Numbered from the stretch's first letter, positions 1 to 12,423 are shown. The stretch: 21,390 bases of DNA from Candidatus Rokuibacteriota bacterium (GCA_044866005.1 JBIOTN010000122.1:1-21390), one strand, 5' to 3'. Numbers and translations: made by a program. The notes: a model not told the origin generated them from the sequence alone.

Positions 1-89
1 GACCCAGTGGGGCCAGGCGCAGGGCACCGGGGCCCCCGCGCGTCCCACGCATCGAAGCTCGTCAGGCTGCCTTGGTTCAAGGACACCAG

Positions 90-119
90 ATCTTACCATA
101 GCGGCGTGAGTGGCCGGAA
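90..119 (-). promoter_or_regulatory. Putative sigma70-type promoter for a gene leaving the window to the left
   Basis: The minus strand reads TTCCGG (119-114), an 18-bp spacer, then extended -10 TGgTAAGAT (98-90). Pattern match only. Confidence 0.35.
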
Positions 120-367
120 TTCGGCCCCGTGGGGAAATTCCCGGTCGGGATCTTCTGTAGCCCGCCGCCGGCCGCGATCCCTGCCGGCCGGATCCCGCCC
201 CGCTGGCCGGGCCGCCCTTGCGGGAGGCGAGTGTGAGCTCAGCGCCGCGCGGGCGCGGTCAGCCGTGGCAAGTCGGGCGAGGGGAACTGGTCGGCGCGCG
301 CGGCCGGCCTGCGCCGAGCACCCGGCTGGCGGGACGCGGCCGTCGCGCCCAGGCCGCGCCGGAGAGG

Positions 368-444
368 TGGTGCGCCCAGCAGGATTCGAACCTGCGACCT
401 TCGGATTCGTAGTCCGACGCTCTATCCAACTGAGCTATGGGCGC
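368..444 (-). tRNA. tRNA-Arg(ACG)
   Basis: Reverse complement is GCGCCCATAGCTCAGTTGGATAGAGCGTCGGACT-ACG-AATCCGAAGGTCGCAGGTTCGAATCCTGCTGGGCGCACCA. It is 77 nt, forms a cloverleaf, has a GTTCGAAT T-loop and encodes CCA. Confidence 0.97.
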
Positions 445-476
445 CCGTGGCTCGAGTCCGGCGGCGGACGAAAGAG

Positions 477-570
477 TGGCGGAGAGGCCGGGATTCGAAC
501 CCGGGACCGGGCTCAACACCCGGTAACCGCTTAGCAGGCGGCTGCCTTCGGCCGACTCGGCCACCTCTCC
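477..570 (-). tRNA. tRNA-Ser(GCT)
   Basis: Reverse complement is GGAGAGGTGGCCGAGTCGGCCGAAGGCAGCCGCCT-GCT-AAGCGGTT, then a long variable arm (CCGGG/CCCGG), then GGTTCGAATCCCGGCCTCTCCGCCA. Discriminator G and encoded CCA. Confidence 0.96.
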
Positions 571-582
571 GCGCGGCATCTC

Positions 583-612
583 ATCTTCGCGGGGGGGTCC
601 CCGCTTTGTCAA
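583..612 (-). promoter_or_regulatory. Possible internal promoter upstream of tRNA-Ser(GCT)
   Basis: Perfect TTGACA (612-607), an 18-bp spacer and a weak -10 GAAGAT (588-583), about 12 nt before the tRNA 5' end. Confidence 0.35.
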
Positions 613-665
613 CCGACCGGCACCATCCGCGGCGGCTCGACGCGGAGCGGCGCCGCCGGCGAATA

Positions 666-754
666 TGGCGGAGGGGGAGGGATTCGAACCCCCGAGGGCT
701 TTCGCCCATACCGGTTTTCAAGACCGGCGCCTTCAACCGCTCGGCCACCCCTCC
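666..754 (-). tRNA. tRNA-Ser(TGA)
   Basis: Reverse complement is GGAGGGGTGGCCGAGCGGTTGAAGGCGCCGGTCT-TGA-AAACCGGTATGGGCGAAAGCCCTCGGGGGTTCGAATCCCTCCCCCTCCGCCA. Class II variable arm and encoded CCA. Confidence 0.96.
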
Positions 755-797
755 GGAGCTGATGCTGGCCCGGTCCCCACGCGTCGGCGAGGCCCTC

Positions 798-806
798 AGT
801 ATACCA
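798..806 (-). promoter_or_regulatory. Extended -10 element, probable tRNA cluster promoter
   Basis: The minus strand has TGGTATACT about 44 nt upstream of tRNA-Ser(TGA), followed by a GC-rich stretch. No clear -35. Confidence 0.5.
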
Positions 807-872
807 TCCTGTCCCATGGCGCCTCGACGGCGGTGCGCCGGCGCGGCCGCGGGGATCGCGCGTCGATCCGCG

Positions 873-1625
873 TCAATAGGCCCGGCGGTAGCCGCCGTCG
901 ACGTGGATGCGCTCCCCGGTGATGTAGCGCGCCTTCGGCGACACGAGGAACGCGACGAGATTCGCGATGTCGGCCGGGTCGCCGAAATATCCGAGCGGGA
1001 TCTCCCTGCTGAACTCCGTCCGACTCTCGGGCGTGGGGTGGAGCCGGAGGTCGATCTGCTCGCTGTGGATGCGGCCCGGCGCGATACAGTTCACCGTGAT
1101 GCCGTGCGTGCCCACCTCGCGCGACAGCCCCTTGGCCCACGCGTGCACGCCGGCCTTTGCCGCGGCGGCGGCGTTGACGCCCGCCGGCTCCGAGGTCCCC
1201 GTGATGTTGACGATCCGGCCCCAGCGCCGCTCTCGCATGACGGGGAGGAAGGCCTGGGTGAGCTTGCGCACGGCGGTGAAGTTGACCGCGAACCCCTCGT
1301 CCCAGGCCTCGTCCGACGCGTCGACCGGCAGCGGGCGCGACCCGCCCGCGTTGTTCACGAGGATGTCGACGTGCCCGAAGATGCCCAGCACGTCGCGCCT
1401 GATCCGCTCCGCGGCTTCCCGGTCGGCCAGATCGGCGGTGATCGCGTGCGGCCGCGCTCCGCCCGTGGCTTCGATCTCGTCCTGCAGGGTCTTCAACAGA
1501 TGCCCGCGGCGCGCGACGACCGCGGTCTGCACGCCCTCGCCGGCGAGCACGTTCACGACCTCCCGGCCGATGCCGACGCTTCCGCCCGTGACCACGGCGA
1601 CGCGACCCCGAAGCTCCAGGTCCAT
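873..1625 (-). CDS. Short-chain dehydrogenase/reductase (SDR, FabG-like fold) with an atypical active site
   Basis: 250 aa with TGGSVGIG Rossmann motif, DILVNNAG, GITVNCIAPG and YITGERIHVDGG. The YxxxK motif reads AAAAK. Purine-rich RBS upstream. Confidence 0.9.
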   Translation of the reverse strand: MDLELRGRVAVVTGGSVGIGREVVNVLAGEGVQTAVVARRGHLLKTLQDEIEATGGARPHAITADLADREAAERIRRDVLGIFGHVDILVNNAGGSRPLPVDASDEAWDEGFAVNFTAVRKLTQAFLPVMRERRWGRIVNITGTSEPAGVNAAAAAKAGVHAWAKGLSREVGTHGITVNCIAPGRIHSEQIDLRLHPTPESRTEFSREIPLGYFGDPADIANLVAFLVSPKARYITGERIHVDGGYRRAY

Positions 1626-1686
1626 GGGCCGCCCTTCCTCGTATCCTTCCCGCGGTGAGAGAGGCGCCGGGAGTCGGCGCGCGGCC

Positions 1687-2976
1687 TCACGCAGGCGCCA
1701 GACGCGCCTGGCCGTCGAGGTAGGGGCGGAGCGCGTCCGGGACGACGACGGTCCCGTCCGCCTCCTGGTAGTTCTCGAGCACGGCGATCAGCGTCCGCCC
1801 GACGGCCAGGCCCGAGCCGTTCAGCGAGTGAAGGTAGTCGGCCTTGCCGCCGCCGGCCGGGCGGTAGCGCAGGTCCGCGCGCCGCGCCTGGAAGGCCTCG
1901 CAGTTCGAGCAGGAGGAGATCTCGCGGTACCGCCCCTGCGCCGGCAGCCAGACTTCGAGATCGTACGTCTTGCTCGAGGCGAAGCCCAGGTCCGCGGTGC
2001 AGAGGAGGACCACCCGGTAGGGCAGCGCGAGCCGCTGGAGCACCGCCTCCGCGTCCCGCACCATCGCCTCGAGCTCGTCGTAGGAGGTCTCGGGCGCCGC
2101 GAGCTTCACCAGTTCGACCTTGTCGAACTGGTGCTGCCGGATCATCCCCCGGGTATCCGCGCCGTAGGAGCCGGCCTCGCGCCGGTAGCACGGGGTCCAC
2201 GCCGTGTACTTCCGGGGCAGCGTCTCGCCCGGTAGCACCTCCCCGCTGTGCAGGGTGGTCAGCGGCACCTCGGCGGTCGGGATCAGGTAGAGCGGCCGGC
2301 CGTGCTCGGGCTCGACCGTCTTGAAGAGCTCGTCCTCGAACTTCGGCAGCTGGCCGGTCCCCGTCATCGCCTCGGCGTTGACGAGGTGCGGGAGCCAGAC
2401 CTCGCGGTAGCCGTGCGTCTTCGTGTGGAGATCGAGCATGAGCTGGGCCAGCGCGCGCTCGAGCCGCGCCCCGATCCCCCAGAGGACGGCGAACCGCGAC
2501 TTCGCGATCTTGGCCGCCCGCTCGAAGTCCAGGATGCCGAGGATCTCCCCGAGCTCCCAGTGCGGGCGCGGCGCGAAGCCGAACGCCCGCGGGCGCCCCC
2601 ACTGACGGACCTCGACGTTGTCCTCGGATGATGTGCCGACCGGCACGCTCTCGTGCGGAAGGTTCGGGAAGGCGAGCGCCAGCCGGGCGAGTTCCTCGTC
2701 CACGGCGCGGAGCGCGCCGTCGGCCGCCTTGATCTCGTCGCCGAGGTGACGCAGCCCCTCGGTGAGCGGGGCGATGTCGCGGCCTTCTCGCTTGGCGGCC
2801 GCGATCGCTTCGGAGCTTCGGTTGCGGCGGGCCTTCAGGTCCTCGGCGGTCCGCAAGACCGCCCGGCGCCGCTGATCCGCCTCCAGGTACTCCTTGAGGG
2901 GCGCACTCGCGGCCCGGTCCCGGATCGCCTTCTCGACCGCGTCGGGGTGCTCGCGGATGAGGCGGGGATCAAGCAT
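1687..2976 (-). CDS. serS: Seryl-tRNA synthetase (bacterial type)
   Basis: 429 aa with [10 protein letters not shown]-terminus, coiled-coil arm, YLIPTAEVP, motif 2 [24 protein letters not shown] and motif 3 [11 protein letters not shown]. Confidence 0.98.
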   Translation of the reverse strand: MLDPRLIREHPDAVEKAIRDRAASAPLKEYLEADQRRRAVLRTAEDLKARRNRSSEAIAAAKREGRDIAPLTEGLRHLGDEIKAADGALRAVDEELARLALAFPNLPHESVPVGTSSEDNVEVRQWGRPRAFGFAPRPHWELGEILGILDFERAAKIAKSRFAVLWGIGARLERALAQLMLDLHTKTHGYREVWLPHLVNAEAMTGTGQLPKFEDELFKTVEPEHGRPLYLIPTAEVPLTTLHSGEVLPGETLPRKYTAWTPCYRREAGSYGADTRGMIRQHQFDKVELVKLAAPETSYDELEAMVRDAEAVLQRLALPYRVVLLCTADLGFASSKTYDLEVWLPAQGRYREISSCSNCEAFQARRADLRYRPAGGGKADYLHSLNGSGLAVGRTLIAVLENYQEADGTVVVPDALRPYLDGQARLAPA

Positions 2977-5398
2977 TCCCCCCTCGTTCCGCCTCGACGC
3001 GCGCGAGGCTGCCCACGCGGTCGTCGGGATCGAGGTCGATCACGCGCACACCCCAGGTGTTACGGCCCTGCGACGAGACGTCCTGGGCGGGGAAGCGGAT
3101 CACCTTGCCCTTGGTCGTCACGACCAGGATGTCGTCGCCCTCCCGGACCTGCGTCATCCCGACGACGAACCCGTTCCGGCCGCCGGTCTTCATGTCGATG
3201 ATGCCCTTGCCGCCGCGGGCTTGCAGCCGGTACTCCCCGAGCGGCGTCTGCTTGCCGTAGCCACGTTCGGTGACGGTGAGGATCGAGGCGTCCTCGCGCG
3301 CGACTTCGGCCGCGATGACCTGGTCGCGCTCCTCGAGCTCGATCCCCTTCACGCCGGCGGTGACCCGGCCCATCGGCCGCACCTCGTCCTCGTTGAAGCG
3401 GATGCAGATGCCCTGCTTCGTCTCCAGCACCACCTCGCGCTGGCCGTCGGTCTGGCGGACGGCGATCACCTCGTCGCCGGCCTCCAGCGCGATGGCCCGG
3501 ATGCCGCCCCGCTGGGGCCGGGAGTACTGCTCGAGCTCGGTCTTCTTCACCTTCCCCTGCCGGGTGGCGAAGAACACGTAGCCGCCCGCCGTGAAGTCGC
3601 GCACGGCCAGGGTGGCGGCCACGCGCTCTCCCTCGGCGAGGTGCAGGAGGTTCACCATGGCCTTGCCGCGGGCGTCCCGCTTGGCTTCCGGGATCTCGTG
3701 CACCTTGAGCCAGTGGACCTTGCCGTCGTTGGTGAAGAAGAGGAGGTAGGCGTGGGTCGAGGCGATGTACATGTCCTCGACGGCGTCCTCTTCCTTGGTC
3801 TCCATGCCCTGGACGCCCTTGCCTCCCCGTCGCTGGCTCCGGTACGCCTCGATCGCCGTCCGCTTGATGTAGCCGGAGCGGGTGACCGTGACGACCATCT
3901 CCTCGTCGGCGATCAGATCCTCGAGCGTCAGCTCGACCGACTCCTCGACGATCTCGGTGCGCCGCTCGTCGCCGTACTCGCTCTTGAGCGCGGTGAGCTC
4001 CTCCCGGATGATCTGCCGCACGAGCGCATCGGATGCCAGGATGGCCCGCAGCCGCTCGATGAGCTGGAGGGTCTCCGTGTGCTCCGTGATGATCTTCTCG
4101 CGCTCGAGCTGCGCCAGGCGCTGCAGCCGCATGTCCAGGATGGCCTTCGCCTGGACCTCGCTGAGCTGAAGGCGCGTCATGAGCGCTTGCCGGGCCGCAT
4201 CGACGTCCGCTGCCTGGCGGATCAGGCGAATCGTCAGGTCGAGGTTCTCCAGCGCCTTCCGGAGCCCTTCCAGGACGTGCGCCCGCTCCTCGGCCCGGGC
4301 CAGGTCATACCGCGTCCGACGGGTGACCACCTCGCGGCGGAACGCGATGAAGTGGTCCAGCATCTCCTTGAGGGTCACCACTTGCGGCCGCCGGCTGACG
4401 AGCGCCAGCATGATGACCCCGAACGTGGACTGCATCGCGGTGTGCTTGTAGAGCTGGTTCAGGATGATCTGGGCGATCTCGCCCCGGCTCAGCTCCAGGA
4501 CGATTCGGATCCCGTGCCGGTCGGACTCGTCGCGGATCTCCGAGATGCCGTCGAGCTTCCGGTCGCGGCTGAGCTCCGCGATCTTCTCGATGAGGCTGGC
4601 CTTGTTGACCTGGTAGGGCAGCTCGGTGACGATGATGGCCTCGCGGCCGCCCCGCAGTTTTTCCGTGTGGGCCCGCGCCCGCATGGTGATGATGCCCCGC
4701 CCGGTCGCGTACGCTTCGCGGATCCCGCCCGTCCCGTAGATGTAGCCGCGGGTCGGGAAGTCGGGCCCCTTGATCACGGTCTGGAGCTCCTGCAAGGTCA
4801 CCGCGGGATTGTCGATGGCCAGGAGCAGCGCGTCCACGACCTCGGTCAGATTGTGGGGCGGGATGTTCGTCGCCATCCCGACCGCGATTCCCGACGAGCC
4901 ATTGACGAGCAGGTTGGGGAGCTTGGTCGGTAGCACGGTCGGTTCGCGCTCCGACTCGTCGAAGTTGGGCACGAAGTCGACCGTCTCCCGGTCGATGTCG
5001 GCCAGCATTTCGTGCGCGATCCGGGCGAGGCGCGCCTCGGTATACCGGTACGCCGCCGGCGGGTCGCCATCGATCGAGCCGAAGTTTCCCTGCCCATCGA
5101 TCAGCGGGTAGCGCAGGGAGAAGTCCTGGGCCATCCGGACGAGCGCCTCGTACACGGGGGCATCGCCGTGCGGATGGTACTTTCCGAGGACCTCGCCCAC
5201 GACCTTGGCCGACTTCCGGTAGGCCCGGTTCCACGAGAGCCCGAGCTCCGCCATCGTGTAGAGCACCCGGCGGTGGACGGGCTTGAGCCCGTCCCGGATG
5301 TCGGGGAGCGCGCGGCCGATGATGACCGACATCGCATAGTCGAGGTACGACTTGCTCATCTCCTCGACGATCGAGATCGGCTGCTGGCGCTCCGGCAC
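2969..5398 (-). CDS. gyrA: DNA gyrase subunit A
   Basis: 809 aa with [28 protein letters not shown], catalytic RYTE, and GyrA-box QRRGGKG in the beta-pinwheel CTD. GTG start. Confidence 0.98.
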   Translation of the reverse strand: MPERQQPISIVEEMSKSYLDYAMSVIIGRALPDIRDGLKPVHRRVLYTMAELGLSWNRAYRKSAKVVGEVLGKYHPHGDAPVYEALVRMAQDFSLRYPLIDGQGNFGSIDGDPPAAYRYTEARLARIAHEMLADIDRETVDFVPNFDESEREPTVLPTKLPNLLVNGSSGIAVGMATNIPPHNLTEVVDALLLAIDNPAVTLQELQTVIKGPDFPTRGYIYGTGGIREAYATGRGIITMRARAHTEKLRGGREAIIVTELPYQVNKASLIEKIAELSRDRKLDGISEIRDESDRHGIRIVLELSRGEIAQIILNQLYKHTAMQSTFGVIMLALVSRRPQVVTLKEMLDHFIAFRREVVTRRTRYDLARAEERAHVLEGLRKALENLDLTIRLIRQAADVDAARQALMTRLQLSEVQAKAILDMRLQRLAQLEREKIITEHTETLQLIERLRAILASDALVRQIIREELTALKSEYGDERRTEIVEESVELTLEDLIADEEMVVTVTRSGYIKRTAIEAYRSQRRGGKGVQGMETKEEDAVEDMYIASTHAYLLFFTNDGKVHWLKVHEIPEAKRDARGKAMVNLLHLAEGERVAATLAVRDFTAGGYVFFATRQGKVKKTELEQYSRPQRGGIRAIALEAGDEVIAVRQTDGQREVVLETKQGICIRFNEDEVRPMGRVTAGVKGIELEERDQVIAAEVAREDASILTVTERGYGKQTPLGEYRLQARGGKGIIDMKTGGRNGFVVGMTQVREGDDILVVTTKGKVIRFPAQDVSSQGRNTWGVRVIDLDPDDRVGSLARVEAERGGNA

Positions 5399-5408
5399 TG
5401 GCGTCCCT

Positions 5409-8911
<3,503 letters not shown>

Positions 8912-8929
8912 CCGAGACGGGCCTCCTCT

Positions 8930-10018
8930 TCAAATCCGCATGGGCATTATAACACAGAGATGCTCCTCGTCCGTGGCGCCCTTGAACACGCCGGGACTCA
9001 GCCCGTCCTTCAGCTCGATGACCACCTTGTCACCTTCCATGGGCCCGAGCGCGTCGAGCAGATAACGCGCGTTGAAGCCGATCGTCAGCTCCTCCCCGGC
9101 GAACTCCGCCGGCAGGACTTCCTCCGCCTCGCCCAGCTCCTGACTCGAGGCGGTCAGCCGAAGGGCCCCGGGACCGGCCACGAAGCGGATCGGCCGCGTC
9201 CGGTCGTCGGCCACCACCGAGACGCGCCGCAACGCGGCGATGAGCGACTCGCGCTCCACCGCGAGCCGGCGCGGATGGCCCTTCGGCAGCACCTGCTCGT
9301 AGTTCGGGAAGCTCCCCTCCACGAGCTTGGAAGAGAGCACGAAGCCGGCGGTCCGGAGGAAGAACTGGTTTTCCCGCACCGCCAGCTTGGCCGCGTCGCT
9401 GCCGCCCAGCACGCGGCCCACCTCCTGCACCGCCTTTCGAGGCACGATGCCCGACATCTCGCCATTGGCCTCGATCTCCGTCCGCGCCAGCGCCAGGCGA
9501 TGGCCGTCGGTCGCGACGAAGCGCAGCTCGCGCTTCCGCACCAGCACGTACAGCCCGTTCAGGAACGGACGGCTCTCGTCCTGCGACATCGCGTAGCTCG
9601 TGCGCGCGAGCATCATCCGGAGCCGCCCGCCGTCCACCGACACGCCCTCTCCATCGCCCGTCTCGAACGGCGGATACTCCTCGGCCGGCAGGCCGACCAG
9701 GCGGAAGGTGGCGGGCCCGCACAGGAGCTGGACCCAGCCGTTTTCCTGGAGCGTCACGGTGATCGGTTGAGCCGGGAGCTCGCGGACGAGCTCCAGGAGC
9801 TTCCGCGCTGCCAGCGTCACCCCGCCCGCGCGCACCACGGTCGCCGGGACGGCCACGCGAGCGCCCACCTCCAGGTCCGTGGCCGCGATACGCAGGCCGG
9901 TCTCCTGCGCCTCGATCAGCACGTTCGCCAGGATGGGGAGCGTCTGTCGCGGCTCCACGATGTTCTGGAGGATCTGCAGCGCGCGAAGGAACGGCTCACG
10001 GGCGACTTGGATTTCCAT
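8930..10018 (-). CDS. dnaN: DNA polymerase III beta sliding clamp
   Basis: 362 aa with LPILANVLI, ATDLE, VATDGHRLA, GSFPNY, IGFNARYLLD and C-terminal VIMPMRI. RBS GGAGG upstream. Confidence 0.98.
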   Translation of the reverse strand: MEIQVAREPFLRALQILQNIVEPRQTLPILANVLIEAQETGLRIAATDLEVGARVAVPATVVRAGGVTLAARKLLELVRELPAQPITVTLQENGWVQLLCGPATFRLVGLPAEEYPPFETGDGEGVSVDGGRLRMMLARTSYAMSQDESRPFLNGLYVLVRKRELRFVATDGHRLALARTEIEANGEMSGIVPRKAVQEVGRVLGGSDAAKLAVRENQFFLRTAGFVLSSKLVEGSFPNYEQVLPKGHPRRLAVERESLIAALRRVSVVADDRTRPIRFVAGPGALRLTASSQELGEAEEVLPAEFAGEELTIGFNARYLLDALGPMEGDKVVIELKDGLSPGVFKGATDEEHLCVIMPMRI

Positions 10019-10040
10019 CGAAGTCTTGTTCCTCCATCAG

Positions 10041-10180
10041 GAAGAAAAAGCTCGTAGCCGTCGTAGTAGGGCCGGTGGACAACGTCGCAGGGGCGCGCAT
10101 CCGCCCGTGGGATCGGGACGAGGGCCGGGGCGGGGACGGGGGATGGACGCGGGAGATGGGTGTGGATGCGCCGGGGATAA
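10041..10180. other. oriC part 2 (dnaA-dnaN interval): degenerate DnaA boxes plus a putative DnaA-trio unwinding element
   Basis: The minus strand reads TTATCCCCG (10180-10172), GCATCCACA (10169-10161), then TTGTCCACC (10082-10074)-GGCCC-TACTACGACGGCTACGAG-CTTTTTCTTC. Confidence 0.7.
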
Positions 10181-10212
10181 GGCGGTCGCCGCGAGAACGG
10201 GGCACGGTGCGC

Positions 10213-11529
10213 TCACTCCACGCGGATCGTGTTGATGACGTGATCGAGCGTCTTGCGGAACTTGGGGTCTTCCTGGAGCAAGGCCTCGATCTTGTTGACC
10301 GCGTGGAGCACCGTGGTGTGGTCCTTGCCGCCGAAGCCGCGGCCGATGTCAGCGAACGAGTCGCTGGTGAGCTGCCGGGCGAGGTACATCGCGACCTGGC
10401 GGGGGAAGGCGACCGCCTTCGTGCGGGTCTTCGAGCGCAGGTCGTGAGGCTTGACGCCGAAGACTTCGCTCACCCGGCGCTGGATCTCGTCCAGCGTGAT
10501 GAGGCGCTCCTCGGCGCCCCAGATGTTGGCGAGCACCTCCTGGGCGAGATCCAAGCTCAGCTCGCGGCCGGTGAGATTGCAGAAGGCGCGGATGCGCACC
10601 AGCGAGCCTTCCAGCTCGCGGATGTTCGACTTGACCTTGTTCGCGATGAAGAAGGCGAGGTCGTCGGGCAGGGACACGCGGTCGAGCTCGGCTTTTCGCT
10701 TCAGGATGGCGACGCGCGTCTCGAAGTCGGGCGGCTGGATGTCGGCGATCAGCCCCCACTCGAAGCGGGAGCGGAGGCGCTCCTCGATCTCGGGGATCTC
10801 CTTGGGCGAACGATCGCTCGAGATGACGATCTGGCGGTGCGACTCGTAGAGGTCGTTGAAGGTGTGGAAGAGCTCCTCCTGGGTCCGCTCCTTGCCCGAG
10901 ATGAACTGGATGTCGTCGATCAGGAGGAGATCGATGGTGCGATAGCGATGGCGGAAGTCGGGCGTCTTGTCGTAGCGGATCGCGCCGATCAGCTCGTTGG
11001 TGAATTTCTCGGTGGAGAGGTACTGCACGCGAAGCTGCGGCACGGCGCGACTGACGTGGTGACCGATCGCGTGGAGGAGGTGCGTCTTGCCGAGTCCCAC
11101 GCCGCCGTAGATGAAGAGCGGATTGTAGGCGCGGGACGGCAGCTCCGCCACCGCGAGGCAGGCGGCCTGCGCGAACTGGTTCGAGGAGCCGACGACGAAC
11201 GTGTCGAAGGTGTAGCGGCTGTCGAGCTCGGCCGCCGGCGGCGGTGCCGCCGGGGCGGCCACCGCGGTGGGCGGCTCGCCGCCCCCGGCGCGATCGATGC
11301 CGATGGCGACCTGGACCCGCGGCCCCAGGCAGGCCGCGGCGGCCGCCTGGAGCTCCGCCAGATAGTGCTCGACGACGTAGCCCCGCATGAACTTGCTGGG
11401 GACCGCGATCTCCAGGCGGTTGTCGCGGTAGGCCAGTACCCGACCCGGCCGGATCCAGGTGTCCAGGGCCTGGGGCGGGAGCCGGCCCTCCAGGGCAGCG
11501 AGGAGGCGCTCCCAGAGGCGGTCATGCAT
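10213..11529 (-). CDS. dnaA: Chromosomal replication initiator DnaA
   Basis: 438 aa with YTFDTFVVG, YNPLFIYGGVGLGKTHL (Walker A), LLLIDDIQF, RLRSRFEWGL, NIRELEG and domain IV RQVAMYL..IGRGFGGKDHTTVLHA. RBS AGGAG. Confidence 0.99.
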   Translation of the reverse strand: MHDRLWERLLAALEGRLPPQALDTWIRPGRVLAYRDNRLEIAVPSKFMRGYVVEHYLAELQAAAAACLGPRVQVAIGIDRAGGGEPPTAVAAPAAPPPAAELDSRYTFDTFVVGSSNQFAQAACLAVAELPSRAYNPLFIYGGVGLGKTHLLHAIGHHVSRAVPQLRVQYLSTEKFTNELIGAIRYDKTPDFRHRYRTIDLLLIDDIQFISGKERTQEELFHTFNDLYESHRQIVISSDRSPKEIPEIEERLRSRFEWGLIADIQPPDFETRVAILKRKAELDRVSLPDDLAFFIANKVKSNIRELEGSLVRIRAFCNLTGRELSLDLAQEVLANIWGAEERLITLDEIQRRVSEVFGVKPHDLRSKTRTKAVAFPRQVAMYLARQLTSDSFADIGRGFGGKDHTTVLHAVNKIEALLQEDPKFRKTLDHVINTIRVE

Positions 11530-11568
11530 GCGGGACGCTCCTGTCAGCGAAACGTGCGCGCCTACGAG

Positions 11569-11600
11569 TTACACACACACTTATCCACAGATGTGGATAA
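11569..11600. promoter_or_regulatory. DnaA-box cluster upstream of dnaA (oriC part 1 / autoregulatory site)
   Basis: Perfect TTATCCACA (11581-11589) and perfect inverted TGTGGATAA (11592-11600), 2 bp apart, plus a 2-mismatch TTACACACA (11569-11577). Confidence 0.92.
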
Positions 11601-11776
11601 CCGGGGTCGGCCTGGGGGATGACGGTGTAAACCCACCCACTGCCCACACGCCGCGAGGTGGCCGGCGCGCTTGCCGGCGTCAGGACGGCGCGATCAGAAG
11701 CCGCTCAGTGCTGATGGTGTCGTCAGGCTCGGGGCGCTCTTCCGCCACTACAGCCACTACCCGCTGCGAGGGGCCA

Positions 11777-11805
11777 ACCATAGCACGCGGTCTGCGGGGC
11801 GGCAA
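11777..11805 (-). promoter_or_regulatory. Putative dnaA promoter
   Basis: The minus strand has TTGCCG (11805-11800), a 17-bp spacer, and TATGGT (11782-11777) preceded by TGn. Confidence 0.6.
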
Positions 11806-11849
11806 CCCCCCGGGGCGCGCCATCGATGCGCGCGCGAGCCGCACGACTC

Positions 11850-11879
11850 TTGACGCGCGCGTGAGGCGACCGGTAGGAT
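11850..11879 (+). promoter_or_regulatory. Putative rpmH operon promoter
   Basis: TTGACG (11850-11855), an 18-bp spacer, and TAGGAT (11874-11879). Confidence 0.6.
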
Positions 11880-11917
11880 GGTTGGACTGTGTCCTCATCC
11901 CGCCATAGGAGGCTCGC

Positions 11918-12055
11918 GTGAAGCGCACGTACCAACCGAACCGGCGCCGCCGGAAGAAGACGCACGGGTTCCGCAAGCGCATGGCGACCCAGGGCGGGCG
12001 AAAGGTGCTCAAGCGACGTCGCGCGAAGGGCCGGCGCCGACTCGCGGTCTCATGA
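11918..12055 (+). CDS. rpmH: 50S ribosomal protein L34
   Basis: Not in the ORF track. Translated by hand from GTG 11918 as [45 protein letters not shown] (45 aa). RBS AGGAGG at 11907-11912. Confidence 0.98.
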   Translation: MKRTYQPNRRRRKKTHGFRKRMATQGGRKVLKRRRAKGRRRLAVS

Positions 12056-12423
12056 TCGTGGCGGAAGAACGCCCCGCGGCGCTGTCGCGGGCCGAGCGGC
12101 TGCGGGACCGTAGGGAGTTCGAGCGGCTGTTCCGCCGCGGCGGCCGGCTCGAGCGGCCGAGCTTCGTGCTCTTCTGGCTCCCGTCGCCGGGACGGCGACA
12201 GGCCGCCTTCGCCGCGAGTCGTCGGCTGGGCGACAGCGTGTGGCGGAACCGCGCGCGCCGGCGCTTGCGGGAGGCCTATCGGCGCCAGAAGGGGGCCGTC
12301 CCGGCGACCGGTATCCGCCTGTGTCTGGTGGCGCGCCCTCGCGCCCTCGACCTGCCGTTCGAGGAGCTGAACCGCGAGGTGTCCGAGGCGCTTCGCCAGG
12401 CCGCGCGGCGGCTCCCCTCATGA
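12052..12423 (+). CDS. rnpA: Ribonuclease P protein component
   Basis: ATG overlaps the rpmH stop (ATGA). 123 aa with [16 protein letters not shown] and RNR motif [12 protein letters not shown]. Canonical position. Confidence 0.93.
   Translation: MIVAEERPAALSRAERLRDRREFERLFRRGGRLERPSFVLFWLPSPGRRQAAFAASRRLGDSVWRNRARRRLREAYRRQKGAVPATGIRLCLVARPRALDLPFEELNREVSEALRQAARRLPS

Noticed and set aside
60..250. 6S RNA, suggested by minus-strand CCTTGAACCAAGG resembling the 3' part of E. coli 6S
   Set aside because: Only a 13-nt resemblance. I could not fold a long rod with a central bubble by eye. An Infernal search would be needed.
666..754. Selenocysteine tRNA or suppressor tRNA
   Set aside because: The anticodon on the coding strand is TGA (Ser), not TCA, and the acceptor stem is the normal 7 bp.
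7..922. Short ORFs across the tRNA cluster
   Set aside because: They are translations of tRNA sequence or low-complexity GC-rich DNA.
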